Below are positions 1-11,803 of a DNA stretch of 64,000 nt, piece after piece. Made by a program: the position numbers and the translations under genes. A model generated the notes under the pieces. The model was not told the origin of the DNA. It saw only the letters and a list, made by a program, of their open reading frames with translations, and did not search any database. The first letter of the stretch is position 1, and every line of letters begins with the position of its first letter. Source of the stretch: Eledone cirrhosa (lineage: Eukaryota); contig OZ024743.1 in NCBI GenBank assembly GCA_964016885.1, positions 41,354,001 to 41,418,000 of the forward strand, given 5' to 3'.

Positions 1-1509
1 GTGTTCAATCACATGATCCGGACTAGCAATTCGTAATCTTCCTTGCGTTAGCTGTGGGAATGATTTTAACAAACTGTGATACTGGTTGCCCACTTCAGAC
101 AAGAAAAAAGTAGGGCGCACTGTGGCGATCTCCGGCTTTGTACCCTCGAACGATAGGCCTGTTTTAGCATCAAAGAGTCGTTGTCTGCGGATGTCAATCG
201 ACAAAGAAAAATGGTGGAGAAAATCCGCTCCCAAAATGGCGTATGGCAAGTCGGCGATAGTAAACTTCCACTTCAATTCACGACGCAAATTTTTTAACAG
301 AAGAGGAAGCGAAATTTACCCGTACGTTCGAATGGCCGTGTGGTTGACTGCTCGTAAATTTATATTTGATTCAGATGGGGTTTTTTTGAGATAACTGACT
401 GGCCAAATACTCAGCGACGCGCCAGTATCGACAAGGAAAAATTTTTTCGACCGCAGGTCGTATACGAAAAGATGGCGGTTCGGTCGATTTTCCCAGAGTT
501 CACTAGCCGCCCCTAGTGGCTCTGCTTTGCGTTTTCCGAATGGCTTGTAATTACAGGGCGTGCGACAACTTTGTGCCCTACTGCCGAAGTTAGTATGATA
601 CCAACAAAACCAAGAATTATTGTTGTCTGAGTTGTAGTGCTGGCGATGAATAGAAGACGGCGGCGAACGGTACTCGTAGCGGTTTCGAGGAATAGCAGAC
701 GAAGGCAAACGGTACTCGTAGCGGTTTCGAGGAATAGCAGACGGAGGCGAACGGTACTCGTAGCGGTTTCGAGGAATAGCAGACGGAGGCGAACGGTACT
801 CGTAGCGGTTTCGAGGAATAGCAGACGGAGGCAAACGGTACTCGTAGCGGTTTCGAGGAATAGCAAACGGAGGCGAACGGTACCTCAAACGTTGAGAAGG
901 CTCTCTGTGTTGTACGGTCAAATCCTCCACTTTTTGGGTAAGCGCTTCGATCATCTCCAACAGTTTGCTGTCGGCCACAGAAGAATTGCGTGGGAGAACA
1001 TGAGAAGAATCCACACAAGGATTATGCCGACTGCTGTTAGAGTCCACCTCTAGTATTCTATCCGCGGATGCGGCAAGTTGATCTAACGATTCCCTCTCCA
1101 AATTATTGACCAAGACCATCTGCGCACTTGGCGGTAAACGAGAGAAAAATAGTTGTTTGAGGAATGGGGAGTCCATCCCCTGGGAGTCGCTCAATTCCGA
1201 CAGATGTCGCAAATAGGAGCTTGGCGTCCTGTCACCCATTTGGGCATCATCTAACAATTCCCGAAAACGACTTTCCGCTGACTTGGTATTCCTCCGAATA
1301 ATTTCCCCTTTCAACGAGCCATAAGTAACGTCTGCGGCTAAATTGGTTACCACATCCTTCACAGAATATGCCAACGACACAGGCAAGCCACTAACTAGTA
1401 CCTTCAGTTTATGCTGTTCTTTGGTTTTGGTTAAATCAAAATAGCATTCAAGCTGCAAAAACAATAATTTGATGTCGCCTGCGAAGGACGGCAAATGATG
1501 TGGATTCAT
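1..1509 (-). pseudogene. gag-protease (pol) of the Gypsy element, with a premature in-frame TAA at 316-318
   Basis: ORF 316..1509 carries gag (LFFSRLP, CWYHTNFGSRAQSCRTPC) and DTGA. After the TAA the same frame continues ISLPLLLKNLRRELKWKFTIADLPYAILGADFLHHF. Confidence 0.88.
660..882. repeat. 42-bp coding tandem repeat (~5 copies) inside gag, encoding PPSAIPRNRYEYRS
   Basis: Repeated unit AACGGTACTCGTAGCGGTTTCGAGGAATAGCAGACGGAGGCG, in frame. Confidence 0.95.
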
Positions 1510-2146
1510 GATTGCCGAAGAATCTCCCAGGACGAACTATGTCTTTGAAGCAGCCACTCGACCAAAAGGCCACACTGGAATCCAAAATCTTATTCACGCG
1601 AATTCAACTGAAATTCTTTTTGAAAATTCTCGCCGGCCAAAATAAAATTTGCATAATAAAAAAAATTATTTTCCATGAAAATTATTTGGTAAGAATATCC
1701 CAAGATGGCTGATTGAAAAATGTGTTTGTGATGAAGAAGCCGTCATGTGGCACGATGCCGCCAATCAGATGGCTGGGATTGAAGAAGACAAGCTGTACGC
1801 GGGAAAACAAAATTTTTGAGTCTCCATTTTGTTATTTTAACAGAAGGTTGAAAGCAAAATTTTATATCCAGAGAAATCCTTTTTTTTTTTTCTTTTTTAA
1901 AGAGAGAAGTTGATGCAAAAGGAAACATATTGTTCACTCAAAGACAAGATACCAAACAACAACGGGCCGGAATTCCATATATATATGTGCAGCGTCGCAC
2001 ACTTTGTACATAAAATAAATATCATTGTTGATAAAACGCTGGATGAGTTGTGATAATTTTTTTGGTTTTTATCTAACTATGCTTGCAAGGCAGGTCAGAA
2101 GGAGATACAATTCAGCAATACAGAAGAATTTTAAAAGTTGTTCTTA

Positions 2147-2159
2147 GTCGGGGTCACTA
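2147..2159 (-). promoter_or_regulatory. Primer-binding site complementary to the tRNA-Trp 3' end (one mismatch)
   Basis: Minus strand reads TAGTGACCCCGAC against canonical TGGTGACCCCGAC, directly inside the putative LTR. Confidence 0.8.
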
Positions 2160-2160
2160 A

Positions 2161-2587
2161 TAAAGAAAAATGATATATCGTCCAGGTGTGTGAACGACAT
2201 TTCATCTCTCTAAGAGTATTAATTAAAACAGAAGGGCTTTAACGATAACAAGGCTAATCTTTTATTAAATGATTCATTTAATAAAACACAACATAATAAT
2301 TACATTCATAGGACATACCCTGCAAGCTAAACGGCAATGGCTTAATTCTTACATTCAAGAAGAGATATGAAAATCTCTTGGTCAAAAACAGGCGTTTTTA
2401 CAAAGTACGTCCACGTGGCAGGACAAAGGCGACTGGAATTGAAAACCAAATCTCTTGAGTTTTACATTGGCGTCTCTTCTTTTAGAGAACGCCGAGATAA
2501 GGGAAGTAATTCGCTATTTGTTTGTGTTACCCACAGGTGGCGACACTGCGTTGCTATAGACAACACACTGTCGCCATAGTTACTACA
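2161..2587 (-). repeat. Putative 5' LTR (~427 bp)
   Basis: On the minus strand it starts TGTAG at 2587, has AATAAA near 2261-2266 and ends next to the PBS with a degenerate inner terminus. The partner LTR is outside the window. Confidence 0.6.
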
Positions 2588-3683
2588 GTACTTTATTCTA
2601 TCCACTAAGGAAAGGTGAAGAGTAAATTAATCTCGGTTGGATTTAAATTAAGATTGCAAGGAGCCTCAAAGAAAACTCCGAATCACTCCATCTGAATAGA
2701 ATTTAAAGTATCAGAACAAATAAACTAAAGACATTTTATCCAACGCTCGCCCATTTCATCTAATTCAACACACTTTAATTTTAACTAAAATCAATCTGAA
2801 GTTAAGAAGACAATTTCAAGTAGAGCTTTATTGTTTATGAAAATACGAATCTGTTTTCCTTTTACCATTTTAGCCTCAGCTATCTGTATGTTATACTTCT
2901 TAATTACCCTGTTGCTAATTCATTAATCTAATTTAATGGAGTATAACTCTAGATAAAATAAAAGAAAGAGAAAGTACATAGAATACAATAGCAGCATGGC
3001 TGAAATGATGTCACTCATTTCCGATAATCGCCAGTATTAATTCATTTCCCGATTGGCAGTTACTGTACTGTGGTAGAGATGTTAACTCGAATTCCTCAAC
3101 AATGTATGGGCAAATATTGTTGAAAAGTTACCAGAGGGTAAAACGGATGAAAATATTGGGGAACACCTACATATAAATTGAAATGATGTATAAATATAAG
3201 AAATTACAGGTAAGAACGATAACTTTTCATCCACAGAGGCATCAGTGTTGTATGCTTGAATCACTGGGTGTTTAGGTCTTACAACATATACGCTCATCCA
3301 ATTGACCCGATTGAGGCTGAGATCAAGTTGCATATTTACTCCCCTTCCCATCGGTCACTTCTCTTCAGTTATACACACGCTGATGCTCTCTCTACTGCTT
3401 ACAAATTGGTGATAGCTATTCTCACTTCCGCCATAACAACATAGTATGAAAACAATGCTATGCATTACACTGATATATTAATATGCCTATTTGATTTCAG
3501 GAAAAGTGAAAATGGTGTATTCAACATTTTGATTGTAGCTTCTTTATTTTATTTAGTTAGTATTTCAGCGTACATAGATTATTCGCTATTTGCTTATAAC
3601 GCGAGTAGATACAGAATCACCACATTATTTCGATATCATTATGCGTTTTGCATTTGTGCGTTGATGTGAGGTTTTAGAATTTA

Positions 3684-4150
3684 CTAGCAGAATGGCCCGG
3701 CGTTGCTAGGGAATTGCTCTAGGTTTCTTATATATTTGATATATATTTATCCTTCTCGAGCCTCGTGAAGTAAATGTTTGTTTATAATTTCTTATTGTGT
3801 ATGCAAAGATATCTGTACACAAATATATAAATAACAATACAGAGAAGTACGGAATACCTCGGCCTCGGTTTGGAGTCTACATTGTGTGCTTATAAAAAAA
3901 ATTTGTCGTACATTACCAGGGTTTTTTTCCGTTCGAAGAAAATCAATAATTTTTCGCGAAATAAATACTTTGTTTATATGTGTATGCAAAAATATATGTA
4001 CACGAATATATAATTATATATATATATATATATATATATAATAGATTAAAGTTTAAGCAAAGAATCCCTGCTTTCACCCTTAACGGGATCTTCTGAAACT
4101 AAAATAATAAATCTGTGAACGCAGAAGTAAATATTTCGAAAAACGTTACA

Positions 4151-4199
<49 letters not shown>

Positions 4200-4501
4200 C
4201 ACACCCTAAATATACATATACACACACACACACGCCGCGTCATAATGACGTAATGCAGACTGCCACGCATACAGACATATATCTATGTATCTATCTAAAA
4301 AGAGAAAGACTAAGAATTAGAGAGAGAGATCGCTAAATCGCCTAGGGCATTGAAAATTTGTAATTTGTTATGTTCAAAACACTCACGGGACCATAAGTAT
4401 TACATGTGTAAAGTTTTAAAAACTCGGTTGGGTGGTTCTCGAGTTTTAGTTATTGGACAGACAGACAGACAAACAGACATTCTCTGTTTTAGTAATATAG
4501 A
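3684..4501 (-). mobile_element. Non-autonomous Helitron (Lep1-like architecture)
   Basis: Minus strand has 5' TCTATATTACTAAAA...(GTCT)n and a 3' GC-rich hairpin (CCCTAGCAACGCCGGG) followed by CTAG. It is inserted between A and T with no TSD. Confidence 0.75.
4043..4115 (-). ncRNA. Hammerhead-like motif, U4A core variant (same family as 49266/49550)
   Basis: Minus strand: AGUUU CAGAAGA UCCC GUUAA GGGU GAA AGCAG..UUGCU U AAACU. Lies between (TA)n runs inside the Helitron. Confidence 0.6.
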
Positions 4502-5229
4502 TATTTAAAAAGTCCTCGGATATTTGATGTATAAATATATAAACAAAACCAGAGCAACATGAATAAATTGATTTGTTCGAGGACACAACGCGCTTGTCGG
4601 TTTGTGAATTGAAATCGTAACTGTGTTCCTAAATATGTTGAGGTATGCTAAAGTTACAAACATAAATACCACTTAATATTCATGAACATTTACAATTATA
4701 TTGAAGTGAAAGGTTTTGTTTCTTTATGCAAGCAAAATCATCGCCAACTTATTCGTTTATTTCCGGCTCAATATAAATTATAGGCTCCTGGATGTTTCGG
4801 AGGTGTTCATTAAACATAGATTTTAAATTCCTCCTATGTTATCATTGTTTGGATCTAAGTATTTCCGCATGTTTTTTGTTTACAGAACCAATATTAAACC
4901 AAACCAAATGAAATGTTCAAACGGCAATTGATTACAGTTGTTTAAACTGTTTTAGTGCATACGATCTTGTGTATTTTCGTATTATAGAAAATTCCATAGA
5001 GAACTCGTAAGATTCCTTGGAGAACATAGCAATTGAGAGATAAAAGTGTGGTTATCGATCAACATTATACTGAAAAAAGGGACGAGGAAAATCAGGCCAC
5101 TTTTACCTCCTTACGGACAACTGACGCTGCACACCAGGTCCGAACACAGAAGAGCCGAACACCCACTGTCATCGCCTCCATCTCTCTCGCCCTCTCCATC
5201 TCTCTCTGTTGTGAGCAAATGGGGTCCCA

Positions 5230-5445
5230 CATGCTGGCAACCCCACGGCGGACATAATGAAGAAGGCATTTCTCCGGAGGATGGTAAGGGAGATGCTCTG
5301 GAAGAACCATTCCAACTCCACGTCTATGTTGGTAAGTATAGAAGTAGCCCTAGGGACAAGGAAACCAGAAGTTTCCACTGCTCGACTGCAAATCTGTCGG
5401 AGAGTGACCGATACTTGGAGAGTTTACCCTCCTCAGCCCTAAGTG
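5230..5445 (-). pseudogene. C-terminal restriction-like endonuclease fragment of a CRE-type non-LTR retrotransposon
   Basis: Frameshifted translation AEEGKLSKYRSLSDRF..AVETSGFLVPRA...EWFFQSISLTILRRNA matches the K..KY / E..G / FQR(I)S..(I).RGNA pattern of CRE REL domains. Confidence 0.65.
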
Positions 5446-6206
5446 CAGTAGAACCTGTTTTAATTCTGTGCAGTAGATGTTTCTTGTGCACTACCAAGCC
5501 AAAATGTCGAGTAAATATATACACAGCGAAACACGCACTTGAAGTAAGCCCATATAATAACAGTACACACCCATATCTTGTTTTACAACGGCGTAAAGAT
5601 ATAAGACAGGTAGAATTTTAAAAGGAACTATGAAATATTTTAGATAATAATCAGGCAACGATGTTTTACGTGGGCGAGGTGACATCTTGTCTGAGATATG
5701 ATAATAGTTTGATATTATTTAGGATTCCCATCTAATAACCTTAATTATTAGTTACATGTCTGTATCTGAGTGGCATGTGAATTAGTCATTCAGAAGTGAT
5801 TTCGCTTCTGTAGTTTAATGTTAATTACATCAATTTTAAAGGAGATGCGCAAGTAAATGAGGAAGTGCTGTATCCCACTATTTCTTCGGGGGATTATTTC
5901 ACGTTATAAAGGTGTGGTGCAGATATGCTGAGTATATTATCGGTCGTAAAAAGAGCTTGTACGGGGCTGAATATTACAAAAACCTGTTCTCATTTAGCAT
6001 AGCTCTCGGGCCTTACAGTAACAGAATATGTGAGAAATTTAAACATTTGGATTGCGTGTATATATACATGTACATATACAGTTCGGATCTAGCTGTCAAG
6101 ACGACCGGAGATCAGCCGTCGGGGTCCTGACGCTTTACTGACATGTACATATATATATATATAAAATGTCTTTAAGACAGGGTTATATTTACATAATTGT
6201 ATTATT

Positions 6207-6281
6207 GCATGCTATATATTTCAATGACATGTTTATGCAATGGTATATCATTAACAGTCTACATGTGACATCATCAGATGC
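6207..6281 (-). ncRNA. Degenerate type I hammerhead motif
   Basis: Minus strand: GCAU CUGAUGA ...stem II... GAAA UAUAUA GC AUGC. Stem I is GCAU/AUGC, but U16.1 is mutated. Flanked by (TA)n. Confidence 0.5.
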
Positions 6282-6377
6282 CCATGTAATTATATATATA
6301 TATACATATACGTATATATGCGTATCTCTCTTTCTCTCTCCCTCTCTCCCACTCTCTCTCTCTCTCTCTCTCTATAG

Positions 6378-7095
6378 ATATATAAGACAGTAAAGTGTGA
6401 TTTGAAGAAGATCTTGCTGCTATTTCTAGCATGTCAAGATATATAATACATTAAAGTGTGATTTGAGGGAGATATGTCTGCTATTTCTACTATGCCGAGA
6501 TATATACGACAGTATAGTGTGATTTGATAGAGATCTAGCTGCTATTTTTACTATGTCGAGATATATACGACAGTAAAGTGTGATTTGAGAGAGATCTAGC
6601 TGCTATTTCTAGCATGTCAAGATATATAAGACATTAAAGTGTGATTTGAGGGAGATATGTCTGCTATTTCTACTATGTCGAGATATATACGACAGTAAAG
6701 TGTGATTTGAGAGAGATCTAGCTGCTATGTCTACTATGTCGAGATATATACGACAGTAAAGTGTGATTTGAGAGAGATCTAGCTGCTATTTCTAGCATGT
6801 CAAGATATATAAGACATTAAAGTGTGATTTGAGGGATATATGTCTGCTATTTCTACTATGTCGAGATATATACGACAGTATAGTGTGATTTGAGAGAGAT
6901 CTAGCTTCTATTTCTAGCATGTCAAGATATATAAGACATTAAAGTGTGATTTGAGGGAGATATGTCTGCTATTCCTACTATGTCGAGATATATACGACAG
7001 TAAAGTGTGATTTGAGAGAGATCTAGCTGCTATTTCTAGCATGTCAAGATATATAAGACTACAAAGTGTGATTTGAGAGAGATCTAGCTGCTATG
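6378..7095. repeat. 61-bp minisatellite, ~11.5 copies, with two interleaved variants
   Basis: AAAGTGTGATTTGAGAGAGATCTAGCTGCTATTTCTAGCATGTCAAGATATATAAGACATT with period 61 (6392 to 6453). Confidence 0.95.
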
Positions 7096-7845
7096 AACAA
7101 CTTCCAGCGGTCGCTGGCCTGGCAGTGCTACCAAGGAGCTCTACCGGTTCGTGACAAGATCTACAGGCACGAACGCCCCGGCAGGGATCCTTCCAAGAGG
7201 ACGTGTCCAAGATGCGCGTAGGACCTTGAAACAGTCCTGCACGCAATAGTACACTGCCCGGGCGTAACCGACCTGTGGAACTATGCAGAACTGTTGTTGC
7301 GTATGGGACAAATCTAGTTGACTGCCGGGTCCATAGTAAGTATTAAACCACCAGCCTCTTTCAAAAACGAAAGAGAGGCGGTTTTCCTCTGTACAGTGGC
7401 TATGATGAAATACGTTATATGGTGGACGAGATTGAGAGGACAGGAAAGATGCCTTTCTCTCCGGACAACAATTGATTCCCTTCTTTCAGTATCACTTTAG
7501 AAGGAGAATCAGCGTGGAGAGAGGGGCACTGCACCCGAGTAAATTTACTGAAAGGTGGGTGAAGGAAGCGAAAATGACCTGAGTGATTGGGCCTTCTCTG
7601 ATTATAAGCCTGTAGGTTAAAGAAGAAAACAAAAGGAAGGAGCACGTGCACAACACGCTCCTGGAGTTGAGGTTTGTTCTATCGACGGGGTATTAAACAA
7701 CCCACTTGTGACGCTTTCCCCCTATTGGGGATTTCGATTCGTGTAATTGTTTGTTTTATATTTTTTACACGACTGTATGTAAAACCCCGGCATGTCTTTG
7801 TATTGCCCCCTTTTCTTGTGCGCCCTTGTGGCTAATAAATAATTA
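7096..7845 (+). mobile_element. 5'-truncated Tx1/L1-clade LINE 3' end (ORF2 C-terminal Zn domain and 3'UTR)
   Basis: Homologous to 30295-31085 (shared CTGGCCTGGCAGTGCTACC.AGG.GCTCT.CC.GTTCG). Ends with AATAAA followed by TATCTATA(TA)n. Confidence 0.85.
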
Positions 7846-7847
7846 TA

Positions 7848-7929
<82 letters not shown>

Positions 7930-7974
7930 GTATATATAGTATATATATATACGTATGTGTATGTATATACACGT

Positions 7975-8075
7975 CGGGTTAAACATTTTCCTATTACCCA
8001 CTCTACTACCCTAAGTATTGAGTACTCTGGTGCGTTGTGGTCCATCTGGTTCTTTACCACACTTCCTTCGTTATA
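7975..8075. repeat. Short (TA)n-embedded repeat; other copies at 15465-15560 and 42800-42910
   Basis: Shared CCTATTACCCACTCTACTACC..AAGTATTGAGTACT.TGGTGCGTT.TGGTCCA...CCTTCGTTA, always abutting (TA)n. Confidence 0.8.
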
Positions 8076-8112
8076 TATATATATATCACCTTGATCTCCT
8101 TAACCGACCATG

Positions 8113-8173
<61 letters not shown>

Positions 8174-8242
8174 TATGAAGAGAGAAGAAACATTTAGATA
8201 TAATTAGTAATAAAATGTATCATACCTAAACTGCTCCTAAAT

Positions 8243-8330
8243 TCCTCGACTACGTAGTTTCGTGGCATAAACAAAAACAATATATCAAAGATATAGAGTC
8301 CTTGCGAGGTCTGCCGACTTATCAAGAGGA
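8243..8330 (-). ncRNA. Type I hammerhead ribozyme, U3-A8 core variant, long stem II
   Basis: Minus strand: UCCUC UUGAUAA GUCGGCA...UGCCAC GAA AC UACGUA GU C GAGGA. Stem I is 5 bp, loop III is palindromic and the cleavage triplet is GUC. Confidence 0.75.
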
Positions 8331-8522
8331 TACCTCATTTTACTAGTCTCAAGAACGCGTCTACACGACGTGAGAAAGAATCCCAAAAGGCGGAGGGGGA
8401 GATAGTCACGCGATATAACGGTCGAGACACAAAACTCGTCCCATGGACTGAGTGTTCTACCACTACGGATATTATCTTCTAGTGTCCTACCAATGTTCTA
8501 TATACGTGTGTGTGTGGGTTTG

Positions 8523-8563
<41 letters not shown>

Positions 8564-8764
8564 ATACTTGGGGAGGGTCATATTTGTGTAATATTGCCAG
8601 AATTAATAACAGAACACACTCACTGTTTGGTTGGTTTTCGCTTCTCGCTTCTGTGTCTTTTATATCGGTAATCTAACTTACTCGGTCCTCAATGTTGCCA
8701 TTGACTGACCGACGGTCAAAAATAATACAGATACAATATAGACACAAACACATATATATAGTTT

Positions 8765-8806
8765 ATCATAAATCTTTCGTTGCACATCTGCAACATCGTC
8801 AGTGGT
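8765..8806 (-). ncRNA. Minimal hammerhead motif in the Neptune-type pLTR
   Basis: Minus strand: ACCA CUGACGA U GUUGCA GAUG UGCAAC GAA AG AU UU A UGAU. A second copy is at 52866-52907. Confidence 0.6.
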
Positions 8807-9092
8807 GTTATATCTTCCTCCTGTTGTAGTGTATGTCTACGCCATTTTTATTCAGTCTGTCTATATATTTATTTATTTATTTGCTTGTTTGTTTATTTTA
8901 TTTTGTCTTCTTTGCGCATGCGTTTGCGTGTGTGTATAGTGTTTTGTTTACTGTGTGATGGGTGACTAGTGTGTGTTTATGTGCTTGTTGTTATTGTGCT
9001 TGTGTATGTATTTATTTATTTATTTATTTTATTTTATTTACTTATTTATACTTCTCTTAGGTCAGTGTTGTTTGTTTGGGTGTAGTTGTTAT

Positions 9093-11457
9093 TTCATTCA
9101 TTCTTTCTGTTTAGCCTTGGTCTTCTAATTTCTATTTCACTGGCCTCTCTGATTTGCCTATCTGCTGGGTCATTTCTATGTTTAGATATTATTCTAATTT
9201 CTATGTTGTCTATGTTACCGTCATGTTGTTGTCTAGCATGTTCGTATAGTACTGACCCGTTTTTTCGTCCTTTTAGTGCCCCCAGTGTTGGTCTATCCTT
9301 TCACCTATGCTACGAGCTGTCTCACCGATGTATGTTGTTGTCATGTTTCTGCAAGTACCCTCTGTACATCTTATGCTATAGACTACGTTTCTAGTTTTAC
9401 AGTTTATCCGGGGGTTCACCTTACATATTGGTACAGTGGGTTTTCTTAAAAGAGTAGGTTTTGCTGATCAAGGATTTTATGGTGGTTCCTGGCTTTTCTA
9501 CCACCTTTATTTTTAAGTGGGTCTTTCTCAGGGCCTTTCTACACTGGTTAGCTAATTTCCCTCCAGGTGTGGCGTCCACAAACATGACACTCTGGTATCT
9601 CTGGTTGTCGTACCATAAGGTGGCTTTCCCTATCTTATGTCTAGCCCTATCTAAGCTATTCCATGATTTGCTCCTGTATAATGGGCAAATTCCTTTCATG
9701 TCTAGTTCTATGAGGGTCTTATACGTTTCCATGGCTCCTTCGTATACTCTGACTCTGTCTCTTTGGTTGTAGCCAGAGAACTGCATGCGGTTGATGAAGT
9801 GTTGGATGTGTCTTTCCATTTCTGTTGGGTCGCACATGCGGGACACATTCTTCATTACTCGTACCAAATCTGCGATCAGAAAATTAAACTTAGCACTACT
9901 GGACATTGCTGAGTTTTTGAGTATCAAGTATTTGGAGGCCATGGGTTTAGCATAGTGTGAGTGGAGAATTTGGGCTCTCTCGTCTATAGTGTTAATCCAG
10001 ATTTCTGTGTCTAATACAGGTAGTCTATTGTTAGGGGGTTTGGAAGGGAAGTCGATAGTTACAGTTATACTCTGGTGTATGGAATTAGCTATCTGCTGGA
10101 TGCTTTCCATCGTGCTACGTTCTAAATCAAACTTGTTAGTTCTCTCTAGTGGGGGTGTTCTTATAACTATATTGATATCGTCTACATAACGAGAGTACAT
10201 GATGAGGTTTATGGAGCTCTCATTAAGGAGATCTTTAAGTCTCCTTTCCCACCATACCATGAAAAGGTTGGCAACATCACCAGCTATGCTGACGCCGATG
10301 GCTGCTCCCTCATTTTGGGTGTAGATCTTATCGTTGAACTTAAATATGTGGCCCTTTAGGGTAGTTTTGATACTAGCCCCTATTGCATGTGCGACCATTT
10401 TTCTTGCCTGATCATTGTTTTGGGGTGTCCGTATAGCTTTGGTCCACCCAATCCACCTTCCCATGGGAGTCGTTTTTGCCATTGAGGTTATGGTGGGGGG
10501 TCTACCTCTTATAGGTCTACTTGGGCAGAAACATCTAAGGTCATGGCTGTCTAGGTAGTCAGTGTCGTAGGTAAGTCTAAGTAGGAGGCCCAATTCCTCT
10601 GTGTCAACGTCGCAGAACTCCACCTCACTCTCAATGATCATCTCCACACATCTTTTCACAGCAAAATCAATGTTAATGGATGGGTACAGTGACACCACAT
10701 CCATGCTGCCTATTATGCAGTTGGATAGGCACCTGTTTTTGTTGCACTCACTGATTCTGCTGAGGAGGTCCTCTGTACTGTCACATACATCTGGGGACAT
10801 CTTGATTATGGGGCGTATAACCATTGAGAGGAAGTAGGAGATCCTGTAGTTGCTAGCTATATTAGCTCCGCATACGGGTCTTGTTGGTGGTCCTGTTGTT
10901 GGGTCGTCGACTGTCTTGTGGTCTTTGCGGAGCCCATACAATGGTGGTATGCCATTGTTAGACGCCTGGAAGTTGTTGGCAGTGCGTCTGCTTGGCTTTA
11001 GGATGTCAGTCCACATCATCATGTGAGCGTTGAGGATTTTCTCTCTCCCATCGTGTGTTTGTTGTGCAATTTCGCTCGTGTTGGTGATGTGGGGTTGCAT
11101 AGCCTCGATGTAGTTCGGCATGCTATCTATTGACATCTTACCAGACTTATCCGTGGGTAGACTTACTACCTCACCATCCCTTGTGCGCTGCTTGAGGCTA
11201 ACCAAGCCTTCTACAGGTTTCCTCCCAAGTTGTTGGGCCTCTGGTCTGCTCTGTCTCTTAGTATACCTGTCTACTATTTGTCTAATCTTATTTCTAGCTA
11301 TGGTGAACTGTGCCTCTGTCTCGTCATCTATTTGTTGTGGTATGCAAACTCTTTTATTAAAAGGTAACCTCGTAGGATAGATATTACCTATCTTATACGT
11401 TTTGTCAGCTGGGTTGAAAAATAGTTTCTCTAAGGGGTTGTCATTATATCTATCTTT
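9093..11457 (-). pseudogene. PLE reverse transcriptase with C-terminal GIY-YIG endonuclease (frameshifted near 9430 and 9275)
   Basis: RT motifs: [29 protein letters not shown]...ANLFM, RYVDD, LPVLD, KPMAS. After the frameshift: C..NCKTRNVVYSIRC...YIGETARSIGERIDQH...RQIREA...LNRKNE. Confidence 0.9.
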
Positions 11458-11594
11458 CGCGAGAAGTGAAAACCAACCAAACAGTGAGTGTGTTCTGTTA
11501 TTAATTCTGGGAATATTACACAAATATGACCCTCCCCAAGTATAACAATATTTGTTTCGACACACGATTTCATATAAAAAAAACCTCGCAAAAC

Positions 11595-11629
<35 letters not shown>

Positions 11630-11691
11630 GTATGTATGTATGTATATATGTATGTTAATATATATATATGTGTGTATATATATATATATGC

Positions 11692-11803
<112 letters not shown>

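Larger units (their letters stand above)
1..2587 (-). mobile_element. Ty3/Gypsy LTR retrotransposon, CsRn1-type; 5' part only (LTR, PBS, gag, protease), running off the window start
   Basis: Gag has a CWYHx9Cx3C (CHCC) knuckle. Protease motifs LVDTGAS and ILGADFL follow. A tRNA-Trp-like PBS lies at ~2147-2159 and a putative LTR at 2161-2587. Confidence 0.9.
8557..11595 (-). mobile_element. Penelope-like retroelement (Neptune-type), 5'-truncated, with 3' pseudo-LTR and an inverted pLTR fragment at the 5' end, inserted in (TA)n
   Basis: RT plus GIY-YIG coding region. 8557-8648 is repeated inverted at 11458-11551. An HHR-like motif lies in the pLTR, and (TA)n flanks both sides. Confidence 0.88.

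Noticed and set aside
6378-7095. 61-bp periodic repeat as CRISPR repeat-spacer units
   Set aside because: The whole unit repeats with only two variants, so there are no unique spacers.
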